Shown here piece after piece: positions 19,307 through 29,697 of a stretch of DNA of 64,000 nt; the first letter of the stretch is position 1; the number at the start of each line of letters is the position of its first letter. The stretch lies in IMG/VR virus record IMGVR_UViG_3300013126_000009; one strand, given 5' to 3'. A program made the translations under genes and the position numbers. A model generated the notes under the pieces. It was not told where the DNA came from. It saw nothing but the letters and a program-made list of their open reading frames with translations, and ran no database searches. This DNA comes from a virus. Taxonomy: Duplodnaviria > Heunggongvirae > Uroviricota > Caudoviricetes.

Positions 19307-20743
19307 ATGGCTAAAAAAACATATGATATAACTAAGCGTCTTAAATATTTGGCTGAAAAGTTCGATATTTTTGACCAAGAGGTTGAGTATGATGACGAGT
19401 TGATATTATTTGCTGAAGATGGTTATGAATATACCAGCGATATTAAAGACCCATTGACTGAAACTGTAATAGCCGTATATTCTGATAAAGAAATCAAGGA
19501 CGGTCGGTTTAAACGAAAGATATCAATATCCTTGTTTGTTTTCAGTAGTATGATTTCTGCTGACCCAACAGAAAACAAGATTTTTCTTCAGTGGATGTTA
19601 ACCGTATACTATAATCTAATTAAATCTGATGATATTGAGGGTGCTATAAGATTTGCTTGTGAGGATTTACCAAAAGCAAAGGAGTATTTAGAGTTATTTG
19701 AGGCTAATAAGAGAAAATCTAAGTTCAAACAATTCTGTGAGAACAATTATAATTTAAAGAATATTTCTGATTATTCAGATATTAATTCATATAGTTCATT
19801 ATCGTTATTATTTGATGCTGTTGACCCATTCATAGATAAGGATGTTTCTGGTATGAAATCCATGATAATGAGATTTGTAAACATTAATGAAGCTGAATTA
19901 GTGTTCAAAAATAGAAATTATATTGTGTATGTTCCAAAAACCAGAAATGCTTCAGTAATCTTTGAGCGTTTTACTTCATGGTGTACTTCTGTTGCTGGTA
20001 ATGGTATGTTCACGTCATATACGAATAAATTAAGACCTAACGGTGATAAGTCAAAGCTATATGTCATAATTCCAGACGAATTCTTAAAGGGTAATTCTAA
20101 TGAAATCTTTCAAATACACTTTGAAAGTGGTCAATTCATGAATAAAGGTAACAGTACTGTCTCTGGTATGGGTGTTCTGGCTAGTGATAAAGAATTATAT
20201 GGTTTCTTTGAAAATGAACTAATTTCAATATTGGAAATGGTACCAAATTTAACCACGACAAATACCTATTTTAAATGGGTTAGCCGTTTCAATATGGGTT
20301 ATTTCTTATTAAGATTAATCAATTCTGATATAATTTCATTACGTTTAGTTGATAAAAATCTAACAAAGGTCACATCAGAAATAAATAAGTTTAGAGATTT
20401 GAAACATATGGCATTGGTTAACTGTAACATCAACTCATTTGAAACAAACATATCCAATCTCAAAAATTTGGAAATAATCAGTTTAAATGAAAATCCGATA
20501 ACTAAACTACCTGAAGGTTTAGAGAATCTCAAAAAATTAAGATTATTATGTTTAAATAAAACAAAAATTGTTACAATACCTGAAGAAATAAAATATTTGG
20601 ATACGTCTTATGGTGGTTCACTATCATTTGTGTCAATAGATGATAATCAGGAATTATATAAGCAGTTATCTTATTATTTACCTAACAGCAAAATAATTAT
20701 AAATAAACAAACAATTAAGCTTGAAAAAATTCAAATTAGTTAA
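19307..20743 (+). CDS. PcfJ-like domain plus leucine-rich-repeat protein
   Basis: DPT..K.FLQW, TSWCTS, FQIHFES; C-terminal LxxLxLxxNxIxxLP repeats. Confidence 0.7.
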   Translation: MAKKTYDITKRLKYLAEKFDIFDQEVEYDDELILFAEDGYEYTSDIKDPLTETVIAVYSDKEIKDGRFKRKISISLFVFSSMISADPTENKIFLQWMLTVYYNLIKSDDIEGAIRFACEDLPKAKEYLELFEANKRKSKFKQFCENNYNLKNISDYSDINSYSSLSLLFDAVDPFIDKDVSGMKSMIMRFVNINEAELVFKNRNYIVYVPKTRNASVIFERFTSWCTSVAGNGMFTSYTNKLRPNGDKSKLYVIIPDEFLKGNSNEIFQIHFESGQFMNKGNSTVSGMGVLASDKELYGFFENELISILEMVPNLTTTNTYFKWVSRFNMGYFLLRLINSDIISLRLVDKNLTKVTSEINKFRDLKHMALVNCNINSFETNISNLKNLEIISLNENPITKLPEGLENLKKLRLLCLNKTKIVTIPEEIKYLDTSYGGSLSFVSIDDNQELYKQLSYYLPNSKIIINKQTIKLEKIQIS

Positions 20744-20873
20744 TAATAGTGGAGAGGTCGTTAATGTTGTTAACGCCTATGATTATGAAGACGCCATTGA
20801 ATATTTTGCGAAGGTCAAAGACCTTAATATAATATATTTACTAAAAATTTTCAAGGTTATTGAAAATAAATAA
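20721..20873 (+). CDS. Small hypothetical protein (TTG start; not in ORF track)
   Basis: Open frame ...DAIEYFAKVKDL... Confidence 0.45.
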   Translation: MKKFKLVNNSGEVVNVVNAYDYEDAIEYFAKVKDLNIIYLLKIFKVIENK

Positions 20874-20939
20874 GACTTTTATATTTTTTAGCATATTTAT
20901 TATTGAAGAATAATATCTTAAGCTTAAAAAATATTAAAA

Positions 20940-21119
20940 ATGCCAAAAGTAGTAAGAATCTCAGAAGAAAAATTGGTTGATATGATTGACAAAATCGTAG
21001 CCGAAGAAGTTGAAAACAGAAAAGTTGAATGGCTTAATGAGCAGAAAAAGGCCAACAATAGCTTAGTTGAAAACAGGTTGGCTAAGTTAGAGGCTAAAAT
21101 CAACAAACTTTCTAAATAA
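20940..21119 (+). CDS. Small coiled-coil protein with VRISEEKL leader (not in ORF track)
   Basis: MPKVVRISEEKLVDMIDKIVAE...; ATATTTAT at 20893; terminator follows. Confidence 0.7.
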   Translation: MPKVVRISEEKLVDMIDKIVAEEVENRKVEWLNEQKKANNSLVENRLAKLEAKINKLSK

Positions 21120-21140
21120 GTTTAACAAATTATAAGAATT

Positions 21141-21168
21141 AAAGCTGAAGCAAACGCTTCGGCTTTTT
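21141..21168 (+). terminator. Intrinsic terminator
   Basis: aaagctgaagc-aaac-gcttcggcttttt. Confidence 0.75.
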
Positions 21169-21201
21169 CTGTTTGTTTACATTTTTAGTTTTAAATTTAG
21201 A

Positions 21202-21903
21202 TTGATTCTAATGGAAGATGTTAGAAAATATCTAAATAGGTCATCTAAGCCTTTAACTTCAAGTGTAATTAAAGATGATTTTATTGTTGCCAGTGAAAAG
21301 GCTTTTGATTGTATTTTTAATGGCACTTCAGAATTTTATCCATGGGAATTACCAGATGATGAGTTATTAAAGGATTTTTCTTTAGGTGTTATTGTTGGTG
21401 GTTCTGGAACAGGTAAATCCACATTGCTTAAATCGTTTGGGGATGAAGAAGTGCCCATATGGGGTGCCGATAAATCGGTGGTATCACACTTTAACTCCCC
21501 AGATGAAGCAATAAATAAATTAATGGCCGTTGGTTTAAATACAATACCTAATTGGTATAAGCCATATCATGTTTTATCTAATGGTGAAAAATTCAGAGCT
21601 GACTTGGCGAGAAAGGTAAAGAATAATGCTGTAATCGATGAATTTACCAGTGTTGTCGATAGAAATGTAGCAAAAGCTGCTAGTGTTGCTCTATCTAGAT
21701 ATGTGAGGAAGAACGATATCAAAAATGTTGTAGTTTCAACATGTCACCACGACATTGTTGATTGGTTAGAGCCTGATTGGGTGATTAACACAGATAGTGG
21801 TCATTTATATGACGGTTTTTTTTTATCCGACCAGAAATCAATCTCGAAATATATCGTGCAGACCATAGTGCGTGGGGAATGTTTAAAGACCATCACTATC
21901 TAA
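21202..21903 (+). CDS. ABC-type ATPase (N-terminal part of an ABC-GNAT fusion)
   Basis: GGSGTGKS, LSNGE, AVIDE, TCHHD. Confidence 0.85.
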   Translation: MILMEDVRKYLNRSSKPLTSSVIKDDFIVASEKAFDCIFNGTSEFYPWELPDDELLKDFSLGVIVGGSGTGKSTLLKSFGDEEVPIWGADKSVVSHFNSPDEAINKLMAVGLNTIPNWYKPYHVLSNGEKFRADLARKVKNNAVIDEFTSVVDRNVAKAASVALSRYVRKNDIKNVVVSTCHHDIVDWLEPDWVINTDSGHLYDGFFLSDQKSISKYIVQTIVRGECLKTITI

Positions 21904-22295
21904 GTGGTGAGTTATCAAAAGCTTCTAGATGTTATATTGGGTTATTTGGTGGTGAAATTGTTGCATTTGGTGCCACAATAACAATGCCTAATGGTAATTT
22001 AAAAAATGCTTGGAGGGAGCATCGAACAGTAATATTACCTGACTATCAGGGGTTTGGATTAGGTACTCGATTTTCAGATGCCATTGCTCAAATACATATA
22101 GACCTAGGACATAGATTCTTTTCAAGAACTGCCCATCCACGTTTTGGTTGGTATAGGGAACATTCGCCTTTATGGAAAGCTACATCAAAAAATAAGAAGC
22201 TTCGTACAGATATAAAACATGATAATATCTTTAACAACCATTATGCTGATAATAAGCGAGTTTGTTTCAGCCATGAGTACGTAGGTGAACAATAA
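21879..22295 (+). CDS. GNAT (Mom-like) acetyltransferase; probably reached by -1 frameshift at ~21818-21825
   Basis: HHYL, R-TVILPDYQGFGLG acetyl-CoA motif; frame open upstream to the T9 run. Confidence 0.75.
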   Translation: MFKDHHYLSGELSKASRCYIGLFGGEIVAFGATITMPNGNLKNAWREHRTVILPDYQGFGLGTRFSDAIAQIHIDLGHRFFSRTAHPRFGWYREHSPLWKATSKNKKLRTDIKHDNIFNNHYADNKRVCFSHEYVGEQ

Positions 22296-22353
22296 TTTGG
22301 TAGTTTAGGAGTTTTTAACTATATTTGCTATCTAAACTTTAAATTAACTAATT

Positions 22354-23100
22354 ATGGATAAGAAAACAATATTGGGATTTGGTATTTTAACATTTGTGGT
22401 ATTCGTATTATTTTATCAAAACATTCGGTTATCTAATAAGTTAACGTCATTAGAAAGTAAGTTTTCGGAATATTGGTCACCTAATAATGATGACCTAATA
22501 ATGTTACCAGATAGTTTTGACTATGTTTTTGATAGATTTGAAATCTACAACCCTGAAATTGATACTGAAACGGTTGTTTTGTTTTTAAATTCAATTGACC
22601 ATTTTAATTTAAGAGACGAGTTGGTTTTTAATTTGTTGGTTGGTCAAATTATGTTGGAAAGTCAAGCTAAGCAGTATTATACTACTGGTCATAGTAAGCA
22701 TGGCGAAATAATAAGGGGCACTTCTGGTGAAGTTGGTATTGCCCAGATAATGCCAACAACCGCTTTGCATTATTTAGAGAAGGTTGTGAAGGGTAACGAA
22801 CTTTATGACTTAGGTGTTAGTGATTATTCGTTTGTTTTTAATGATAAGCTATCAAAACAAAAAAAATATGACAAAATGGTTGTTTGGTTATCAAATATAA
22901 ATAATAACCTAGCCCTTTGGGGTTTCATTATGCATGACAATTTAAAACAGAATGATGTATTAGAGGGTTTTGTTGCCTATAACGCTGGTATTGGGGGTTT
23001 AAAGCGCTTTTTAAGTAGTTTTAAACACGCAAGTAAGCATAAGTATATTAAGTCAATAAAAGACACTTTAAACTATGCTTCTGGCGTCTTAGAGGTTTAA
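22354..23100 (+). CDS. Membrane-anchored lytic transglycosylase (SLT domain)
   Basis: N-terminal TM; IMLES, GIAQIMPTTA, AYNAG; host-type promoter 22296-22327. Confidence 0.8.
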   Translation: MDKKTILGFGILTFVVFVLFYQNIRLSNKLTSLESKFSEYWSPNNDDLIMLPDSFDYVFDRFEIYNPEIDTETVVLFLNSIDHFNLRDELVFNLLVGQIMLESQAKQYYTTGHSKHGEIIRGTSGEVGIAQIMPTTALHYLEKVVKGNELYDLGVSDYSFVFNDKLSKQKKYDKMVVWLSNINNNLALWGFIMHDNLKQNDVLEGFVAYNAGIGGLKRFLSSFKHASKHKYIKSIKDTLNYASGVLEV

Positions 23101-23104
23101 TCTC

Positions 23105-23659
23105 TTATCTAAAAAAAGTATATTCAGTATCACTGATTCGTTGAGCACCAGCTTTTTCCCAAAAATATTTGTTGGATGGTTTAACGGTCAGTGATATTTT
23201 TTGTACGTTTGGGAATTTTTTATACAGAAGTCTAAGTGCGTAATTTATTACCATTTGAGGGTCTTCATCTTCTGACACTTTAAATTCGATTAGTTTTAAC
23301 TCATTATCTGATGGTTTATTGGTAATATTACCAACTTCAACACCACCGATACCCCTACCACCCTTAGTTATGAAATAGATACTACTTTCTGGGGTTTCAT
23401 CCATAGTTTTTAAAACAACCTTACTCTCATTAATTTCCGACTTCTCAGATTTTGTTTCTTTTTTCGGAATTACAATCGAGTCATAATCCTCCATATCGAG
23501 TATTGAACCTTTTGTACTTAGTTTTATCAATCTTTCAGTAACGTCATGAAGGTCCATATCAGTCTCAGCGTCTTCTCTAGCATACTCTAATAACCTAATT
23601 AATAGTGGTACGTTTAACTTTACAATATCTTGTGGGTTTTCTGTAGTATCTTTTTTCAT
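23105..23659 (-). CDS. Two-domain protein: phage head-type N-domain plus GNAT-like domain
   Basis: VPLLIRLLEYAREDA N-domain, INE linker, FWEKAG motif; ATATTTAT at 23676-23683 (-). Confidence 0.55.
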   Translation of the reverse strand: MKKDTTENPQDIVKLNVPLLIRLLEYAREDAETDMDLHDVTERLIKLSTKGSILDMEDYDSIVIPKKETKSEKSEINESKVVLKTMDETPESSIYFITKGGRGIGGVEVGNITNKPSDNELKLIEFKVSEDEDPQMVINYALRLLYKKFPNVQKISLTVKPSNKYFWEKAGAQRISDTEYTFFR

Positions 23660-23683
23660 CTTACGTTTCTTTATTATAAATAT

Positions 23684-23711
23684 AAAAAAAGGCTGGAAAT
23701 TTCCAGCCTTT
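23684..23711 (-). terminator. Intrinsic terminator after clpC
   Basis: aaaggctggaa-at-ttccagccttt with an A run on the + strand. Confidence 0.7.
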
Positions 23712-23734
23712 GGTTTTAAATATTGTTTGTGGCA

Positions 23735-26188
23735 TTATTTAACGAAGACTTTGTTGGTCTTTTTATCGTATGATATTTTAACTATTGAACCTTCTTTAAT
23801 ATTACCCATTAAAATTTCATCAGCGATAAGATTACCAATATGTACTTGTATTGCTCGATTTAAAGGTCTGGCACCATAAGCTTCATCATAACCTTCTTTA
23901 ACTAAGAAATCAATAGCTGCACTATCCAAAGTTATTTCATATCCTAAATCTGTTAGATTCTTTTTTAATTTTTCAATTTCAATACCGATTATTTTTTTGA
24001 TGTCGTCAACCTTTAATGAGTTAAAAATTATGGTATCATCAATACGGTTTAGAAATTCAGGTGAAAATTTCTTTTTTAATGCTTTTTGTATGATATTTCT
24101 ATCACGTTGTTCTTTACCAACAATGGTTGCATCAGTTTTAAAGCCAACACCAGTACCTAATGTCGACAGTTCTTTAACACCGACATTTGATGTTAAAATG
24201 ATTAAACAATTTTTGAAATCAACTTTGCGACCTAAACCATCAGTAAGTTGACCTTCATCCAATAGTTGAAGTAGTAGATTGAAAACATCCGTGTGGGCTT
24301 TTTCAATTTCATCGAATAATATAACACTATACGGTCTACGCCTAACTTTTTCAGTTAATTGACCACCTTGTTCATATCCAACATACCCTGGAGGTGCGCC
24401 CACCATTCTAGACACCGTATGTTTTTCCATATATTCTGACATATCCAACCTTATTAAAGAATCTTGGTCACCGAATAATTGTTCAGCAATTTTTTTAGCT
24501 AATTCTGTTTTACCTACACCTGAGGGTCCTAAGCATATAAAATTTCCTATCGGCTTACGTTTATCCTTTAAACCTAAACGATTCCTTTTAATCGCCTGTG
24601 TTATTTTATCAATAGCGTCATCTTGACCGATAATTGATTCTTTTAAGACCGAAGCCATATTTGCCAATCGCTTATTTTCCTGACCTGATATTTTATTAAG
24701 TGGTATTCCAGTCATTGTTGAAATTATTTCACAAATATTTTCAACATCAACTGTTGTTCGTTTTTTATCCAATTGTTGTTCCCACTTTAATTTTTCAGAT
24801 TCAAGTTTATTACTAAGTTTGTTTTCCTTATCTCTAAGTTCAGCAGCTTCTTCATATTTTTGTCTACTTACAACCAATAATTTTTGTTCAGCAAGTTTTT
24901 TCTTCTCTAATTCAAGTTTTTTAATTGAAGCAGGTTTTTCCTGTGATACATTTGTTGCGGCACCAGCTTCATCCAAAATATCAATTGCTTTATCAGGCAT
25001 TGACCTATCAGTAATATATCTATCGGACAATTTAACACATTCTTCGATGGCTTCGTCTGTGTAGGTTACTTTATGGTGATTCTCATATTTTTCTTTAAGG
25101 TTTTTTAGTATGGTTATTGTTTCGTCAACTGTTGGTTCGTTAATCAGTACCTGTTGGAATCTTCTCGTAAGTGCGCCATCCTTTTCAATGTGTTCGCGAT
25201 ATTCGTCAAGTGTTGTTGCACCAATAACTTGTAGTTCACCATTTGCCAATGCTGGTTTAAATATATTGGCGGCATCCAATGACCCACTAGCATTACCAGC
25301 ACCGACCATTGTATGTATTTCATCCATGAATAATATTATTTCTGGATTATTTTTCAATTCGTCTATTAAAGCTTTTAACCTTTCCTCAAACTGACCTCTG
25401 TATTTGGTTCCAGCAACCATTGACGCCATGTTTAATGAATAAATTTTCTTATCAGATAATATTCTAGGAGCGTCACCATCGACAATCATTTTAGCGATTC
25501 CTTCAACCACACTAGTCTTACCAACACCAGGGTCTCCAATCAAAATCGGATTGTTCTTTTTTCTCCTAGATAAGATTTGTGATACTCTTTTAATCTCATT
25601 ATCTCGACCAATTACTGGGTCAATTTCATCATTCTCAGCAGCAAGTGATACATTTCGACAGAAATTATTAATTACTGGTGTTGCATTTCTAGCAACTCGT
25701 TTTGGTTTTTTAGATTTATTATTATCTTCCATTGGTGTTTCATCAAAGCTTTCGGTACTCATTAGTGTATCTTTAAAGGTTTCATATGTTATTTTAAATT
25801 TATTCAATACTTTAGTTATTTTAAAGTCTTTAAAACTAAGTATTGATAGGAGTAAATGTGCTGTATCAACTTCAAAATCACCAACCAATTCAACTTCATC
25901 ATCAACGTGGTCAAATACGGTTTTAACTTCTTTGTTGAATGGTATCTTATCTGGTGTTTTAACTTTGGGTGTTAGGTTATTATTATGAACAATTTCATAT
26001 ACTGTATCATATAACGAATTAATATTAATACCCATAGATGATATAATATTCATGGCCCTATTTTCATTATCCATTATAGTGCTTAACAATATATGCTCTA
26101 AAGTTAAATGACTACCATTGGTGTTTACCACATCACTCAAAGCCTCTCGCATTATTTTTCTAACACTAGGTTTTACATTTTTACCCAT
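23735..26188 (-). CDS. clpC: ClpC-type AAA+ unfoldase
   Basis: Clp-[12 protein letters not shown]-like [30 protein letters not shown] ClpP-docking loop. Confidence 0.9.
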   Translation of the reverse strand: MGKNVKPSVRKIMREALSDVVNTNGSHLTLEHILLSTIMDNENRAMNIISSMGININSLYDTVYEIVHNNNLTPKVKTPDKIPFNKEVKTVFDHVDDEVELVGDFEVDTAHLLLSILSFKDFKITKVLNKFKITYETFKDTLMSTESFDETPMEDNNKSKKPKRVARNATPVINNFCRNVSLAAENDEIDPVIGRDNEIKRVSQILSRRKKNNPILIGDPGVGKTSVVEGIAKMIVDGDAPRILSDKKIYSLNMASMVAGTKYRGQFEERLKALIDELKNNPEIILFMDEIHTMVGAGNASGSLDAANIFKPALANGELQVIGATTLDEYREHIEKDGALTRRFQQVLINEPTVDETITILKNLKEKYENHHKVTYTDEAIEECVKLSDRYITDRSMPDKAIDILDEAGAATNVSQEKPASIKKLELEKKKLAEQKLLVVSRQKYEEAAELRDKENKLSNKLESEKLKWEQQLDKKRTTVDVENICEIISTMTGIPLNKISGQENKRLANMASVLKESIIGQDDAIDKITQAIKRNRLGLKDKRKPIGNFICLGPSGVGKTELAKKIAEQLFGDQDSLIRLDMSEYMEKHTVSRMVGAPPGYVGYEQGGQLTEKVRRRPYSVILFDEIEKAHTDVFNLLLQLLDEGQLTDGLGRKVDFKNCLIILTSNVGVKELSTLGTGVGFKTDATIVGKEQRDRNIIQKALKKKFSPEFLNRIDDTIIFNSLKVDDIKKIIGIEIEKLKKNLTDLGYEITLDSAAIDFLVKEGYDEAYGARPLNRAIQVHIGNLIADEILMGNIKEGSIVKISYDKKTNKVFVK

Positions 26189-26294
26189 ATCTTATTCTTT
26201 TTTCAGTTATCGCAAATATACAAATTAAATCTTCAAAAGCAATGTTTGACAATTTAAAAAAGATAACGTATATTTGTAAAAACTAAAAAAAACT

Positions 26295-26516
26295 ATGGAA
26301 TATATAGCTACAGGTAAACTACAGGTATATCTTAACGGTACTTGCGGAGGTACTGGTTGTGACAGTTGTGATTGTGAAATGATACTATATAATGAGGCTA
26401 AGCTTTACGTGTCTGGTAATAGTTATGTTATCGTTACAATTTCTGACTGTGACAATACGGAAACGATTATAGAATCAATTAAATTAGATAAAGTTAAAAA
26501 AATAAAAATCAAATGA
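26295..26516 (+). CDS. Hypothetical Cys-rich protein
   Basis: Promoter 26245-26276, divergent from the clpC promoter. Confidence 0.55.
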   Translation: MEYIATGKLQVYLNGTCGGTGCDSCDCEMILYNEAKLYVSGNSYVIVTISDCDNTETIIESIKLDKVKKIKIK

Positions 26517-26947
26517 TACTACACAAAAAACAAACCGAAAACGGTGTTAAAGCACTCTATAAATCAAGTAATATCTTGGCATCAACTTATAACGATAAGA
26601 CTAAGGAGTTGGAGGTAATATTTAAAAGAGGTTCTAGATACCTATATGAAAATGTAAGTTCAACCGACTACACAAGATTTGAATTGGCTGACAGTCAAGG
26701 TAAAGTTCTTAACTCACATATTAAGGCATATTCATTTAAGAAGTTGGATGATGTTGACCCAAAGGACATTGAGGAATCAATATTAAAATATCAATCTGCC
26801 GAGGTAAATAGACTTTATGCCGATGGATTATCGGATATTTTAACGTTAATCGAGAACGCACCTAATGAATATGATAACAAAATTTTTAATAATATAATAA
26901 GTAAATGTCAAAAACTGATTGAAACTATTGAAACCTATGAAAAATAA
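26513..26947 (+). CDS. KTSC domain protein
   Basis: SSNI....YN....LEVIF..G..Y.Y..V......F..A.S.G. Confidence 0.8.
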   Translation: MILHKKQTENGVKALYKSSNILASTYNDKTKELEVIFKRGSRYLYENVSSTDYTRFELADSQGKVLNSHIKAYSFKKLDDVDPKDIEESILKYQSAEVNRLYADGLSDILTLIENAPNEYDNKIFNNIISKCQKLIETIETYEK

Positions 26948-27132
26948 AAGCAAACAAGAAGTCACTGAATTGGTGCTGTTCATCGTATCAGCAACCGCTA
27001 TCACATTGTTCATGTTAATCGGTATGTTATGATTAATCGCAAAAAACAAAATAGAAATGAGACCATTGAATGGATTCTTTGGGTATTTTCAGTCGCAACA
27101 ATAATGTCACTTATGTTATTGAATTTCATATA

Positions 27133-27963
27133 ATGATTAAAGCTGACGACTATTATATAAAGAATCTTAAAAAGATACTATCAGAAGGGTCTTGGGATGA
27201 AAGTCCAAGACCTAAATATCCAGATGGAACGCCAGCACATTCTAAATTCATAACTGGTGTTTATGAAGAGTACGATTTATCAAAAAATGAATTCCCTATC
27301 CCAACTTTAAGGAATACCGCAATTAAGACTGGTATTAAGGAGATTTTATGGATATATCAGAAACAAACATCATCATTGGATGTTGCTAAGGAAATGGGTA
27401 TTAATTGGTGGAATGAATGGAATATTGGTAATAATACAATAGGTCAGCGATATGGTGCCACGGTATCAAAATATAAGCTAATCGATGACTTATTAACTGG
27501 TTTAATAAAAAATCCATTTTCTAGAAGACATATAATAAACTTGTATCAATACTCAGATTTATCTGAAACAGATGGTTTATACCCATGTGCGTATGAAGTA
27601 ATGTTTTCAGTTAGAAAAGGTCAAGACGGTTTAATTCTGGATATGACACTGATACAACGTAGTAATGATTATATAATGGCTGGGTATATCAATAAAATTC
27701 AATATACCGCACTACAAATGATGATTGCTGGACACTGTGGTTATGAGGTTGGTGTTTTTAGGCATCTGGTTCAGAACTTACATATCTATGACCGACATTT
27801 TGATGCGGTTGACGAATTATTGAATAAAGAACCGTTAGATTTACAACCTAAACTAACATTAGAAGCTAAAAAAGGTTTTTATGATTATTCAATAAATGAT
27901 TTTATTATTACAGGTATTGAGGGAATTGAAAAACTAAGTGGTAAATTAGAAATTGCAATATGA
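27133..27963 (+). CDS. thyA: Thymidylate synthase
   Basis: GQRYG, SRRHI, LYPC, QRSND, NLHIYDRH; start likely ATG 27133. Confidence 0.92.
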   Translation: MIKADDYYIKNLKKILSEGSWDESPRPKYPDGTPAHSKFITGVYEEYDLSKNEFPIPTLRNTAIKTGIKEILWIYQKQTSSLDVAKEMGINWWNEWNIGNNTIGQRYGATVSKYKLIDDLLTGLIKNPFSRRHIINLYQYSDLSETDGLYPCAYEVMFSVRKGQDGLILDMTLIQRSNDYIMAGYINKIQYTALQMMIAGHCGYEVGVFRHLVQNLHIYDRHFDAVDELLNKEPLDLQPKLTLEAKKGFYDYSINDFIITGIEGIEKLSGKLEIAI

Positions 27964-28214
27964 TTAAATTAACAACTGATAGTAAAGTTGAATATCCAAC
28001 AACGTACAATGTGTTATGGGAAAACGGAAAACATTTAGGTTACTTTAGGTTAGATGTCGATGGTTACTATTATTTTGAGGAACTACCTAATGGTGGTTAT
28101 TGGTCAGCACATTCGTTAAGACATATTGCCGATAAATTGGACGAAATTAACAAACCATATGATGATGAAGTAAATCAATATTTCGATAATTTAAAGAAAA
28201 ATGGAGAAGATTGA
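27960..28214 (+). CDS. Hypothetical protein
   Basis: DVDGYYY...WSAHSLRHIADKLDEINKP. Confidence 0.65.
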   Translation: MIKLTTDSKVEYPTTYNVLWENGKHLGYFRLDVDGYYYFEELPNGGYWSAHSLRHIADKLDEINKPYDDEVNQYFDNLKKNGED

Positions 28215-28316
28215 TTTAGACGTTGATAACCGAATGTTACGAATCGGTTTTGGAAAGCATAATGGAAATTGGTTCTTTAGGGTTGATTTGTGGTTTGTTG
28301 GTTATAGATTTAAACC

Positions 28317-28505
28317 ATGAACACACTACAGATAATTGATGAACATATAATCATTAGGGAAACTGTTGGTTATGATTTTTTAAAGGATATTTCTGTTGAA
28401 GATTTGCCCACAGTTATTGAGTTTCTTCGAGTTGTCGATAATTATAATAGAATGACAAAAAAACTAAAAGAAATAGAATGTTCAAATCCTTCTCAGAAAT
28501 CCTAA
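28317..28505 (+). CDS. Hypothetical protein
   Basis: Fits operon. Confidence 0.5.
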   Translation: MNTLQIIDEHIIIRETVGYDFLKDISVEDLPTVIEFLRVVDNYNRMTKKLKEIECSNPSQKS

Positions 28506-28858
28506 AACAATTTACGACAGGCCAAAGAGTCTTTGTGTTAGTGCTACTATTAATGTTTTCGTCTGGTAGTTACATTATAACGAATTACCTTAAGACTGAT
28601 GATTGCAGACCTTTAATCGAAGAAAATTTAAAGTTACAAAGTGACTTTATTAAAATTTCAGAACTTATTCGTGAACGTGAAATGAGCAAACACGTTAGTG
28701 AGGCACATATGGAATCAGGTGATGCGTTAATGTCAACAACCAGTTACGATACGATATATGTTGTTCGAGATGAGCCATCATCTGATGATGTTGTATTGGA
28801 AGAAATATTAGATATAGCAACGCAACATTGTGACGATGAAAGCAATATTAGCAATTAA
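28478..28858 (+). CDS. Single-TM coiled-coil protein
   Basis: N-terminal hydrophobic helix. Confidence 0.6.
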   Translation: MFKSFSEILKQFTTGQRVFVLVLLLMFSSGSYIITNYLKTDDCRPLIEENLKLQSDFIKISELIREREMSKHVSEAHMESGDALMSTTSYDTIYVVRDEPSSDDVVLEEILDIATQHCDDESNISN

Positions 28859-29219
28859 TAATCAAAATTACATTGGTTTAAATGGTGAACTACCATGGAA
28901 GTCATCAAGAGACCTTAAGCATTTTAAGGAAATGACCAATGGTTGTAAGCTTTTGGTTGGTTATAATACAGCACTTAAGCTACCTAAACTATCTAATCGT
29001 GAACTTATTGTCGACCCAAGAAATGAATTGTACCCAGTAACTGATGATATGTGGTGCATCGGTGGTAAAAAAACATACGAAAAATACGCACATTTAATTA
29101 AAGAGTTACATATATCACATATTAACGATGATACAATTGGTGACGTTAAAGCGCCAGACCTATGGTCAATGATGAAAGCACCATCTAAGGTCCACCATTA
29201 TTATTTTGATGTGGATTAA
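28836..29219 (+). CDS. folA: Dihydrofolate reductase
   Basis: IGLNGELPW, DLKHFK, GYNT, LSNR, IGG. Confidence 0.88.
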   Translation: MKAILAINNQNYIGLNGELPWKSSRDLKHFKEMTNGCKLLVGYNTALKLPKLSNRELIVDPRNELYPVTDDMWCIGGKKTYEKYAHLIKELHISHINDDTIGDVKAPDLWSMMKAPSKVHHYYFDVD

Positions 29220-29304
29220 TCTTGTGAAAAAAATTAATCAGACATAACTAATAACTATTCACTTTAATATGTTATTTGATATTTATTATTGATAAAAAAT
29301 ATAT

Positions 29305-29697
29305 ATGTTTATACCTAATCACTTGCATGTCCTAATAAAAGGACATTTTTTAAATCCTCCTACTGAGGTTGAAATATTGAATCAATGGTTCATTGATTTG
29401 GTTAATAAGGTAAGAATGAAAGTTGTTGCTGGACCAACCAGTGTATACGTTAATGAGGAAGGTAATGAAGGGTTGACTGGTACGGTAACTCTAGCTACTA
29501 GTCATGCGAGTATTCATATTTGGGATTCGATATCACCAGCAATGTTTCAATTTGATTTATATTCATGTTCGCATTTTGATGTTGATGAAGTTTTAAACCA
29601 TTTAGACGTATTTCAATTAACAGATGTCGAGTGGGTTTTAATTGACCGAAATGAAAAGCTTTTAGTCGTTGATAAGAATGTTAGACGATACATCTAA
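29305..29697 (+). CDS. speD: S-adenosylmethionine decarboxylase-like pyruvoyl proenzyme
   Basis: GLTG...LATSHASIHIW...DLYSC. Confidence 0.8.
   Translation: MFIPNHLHVLIKGHFLNPPTEVEILNQWFIDLVNKVRMKVVAGPTSVYVNEEGNEGLTGTVTLATSHASIHIWDSISPAMFQFDLYSCSHFDVDEVLNHLDVFQLTDVEWVLIDRNEKLLVVDKNVRRYI

Noticed and set aside
20924-21106. - strand 60-aa ORF
   Set aside because: Shadow of a + strand gene (20940-21119) that has a promoter and terminator
23997-25988. Multiple + strand ORFs inside clpC (and similar antisense ORFs throughout the track)
   Set aside because: Antisense shadows rich in S/L/F/I, caused by codon bias
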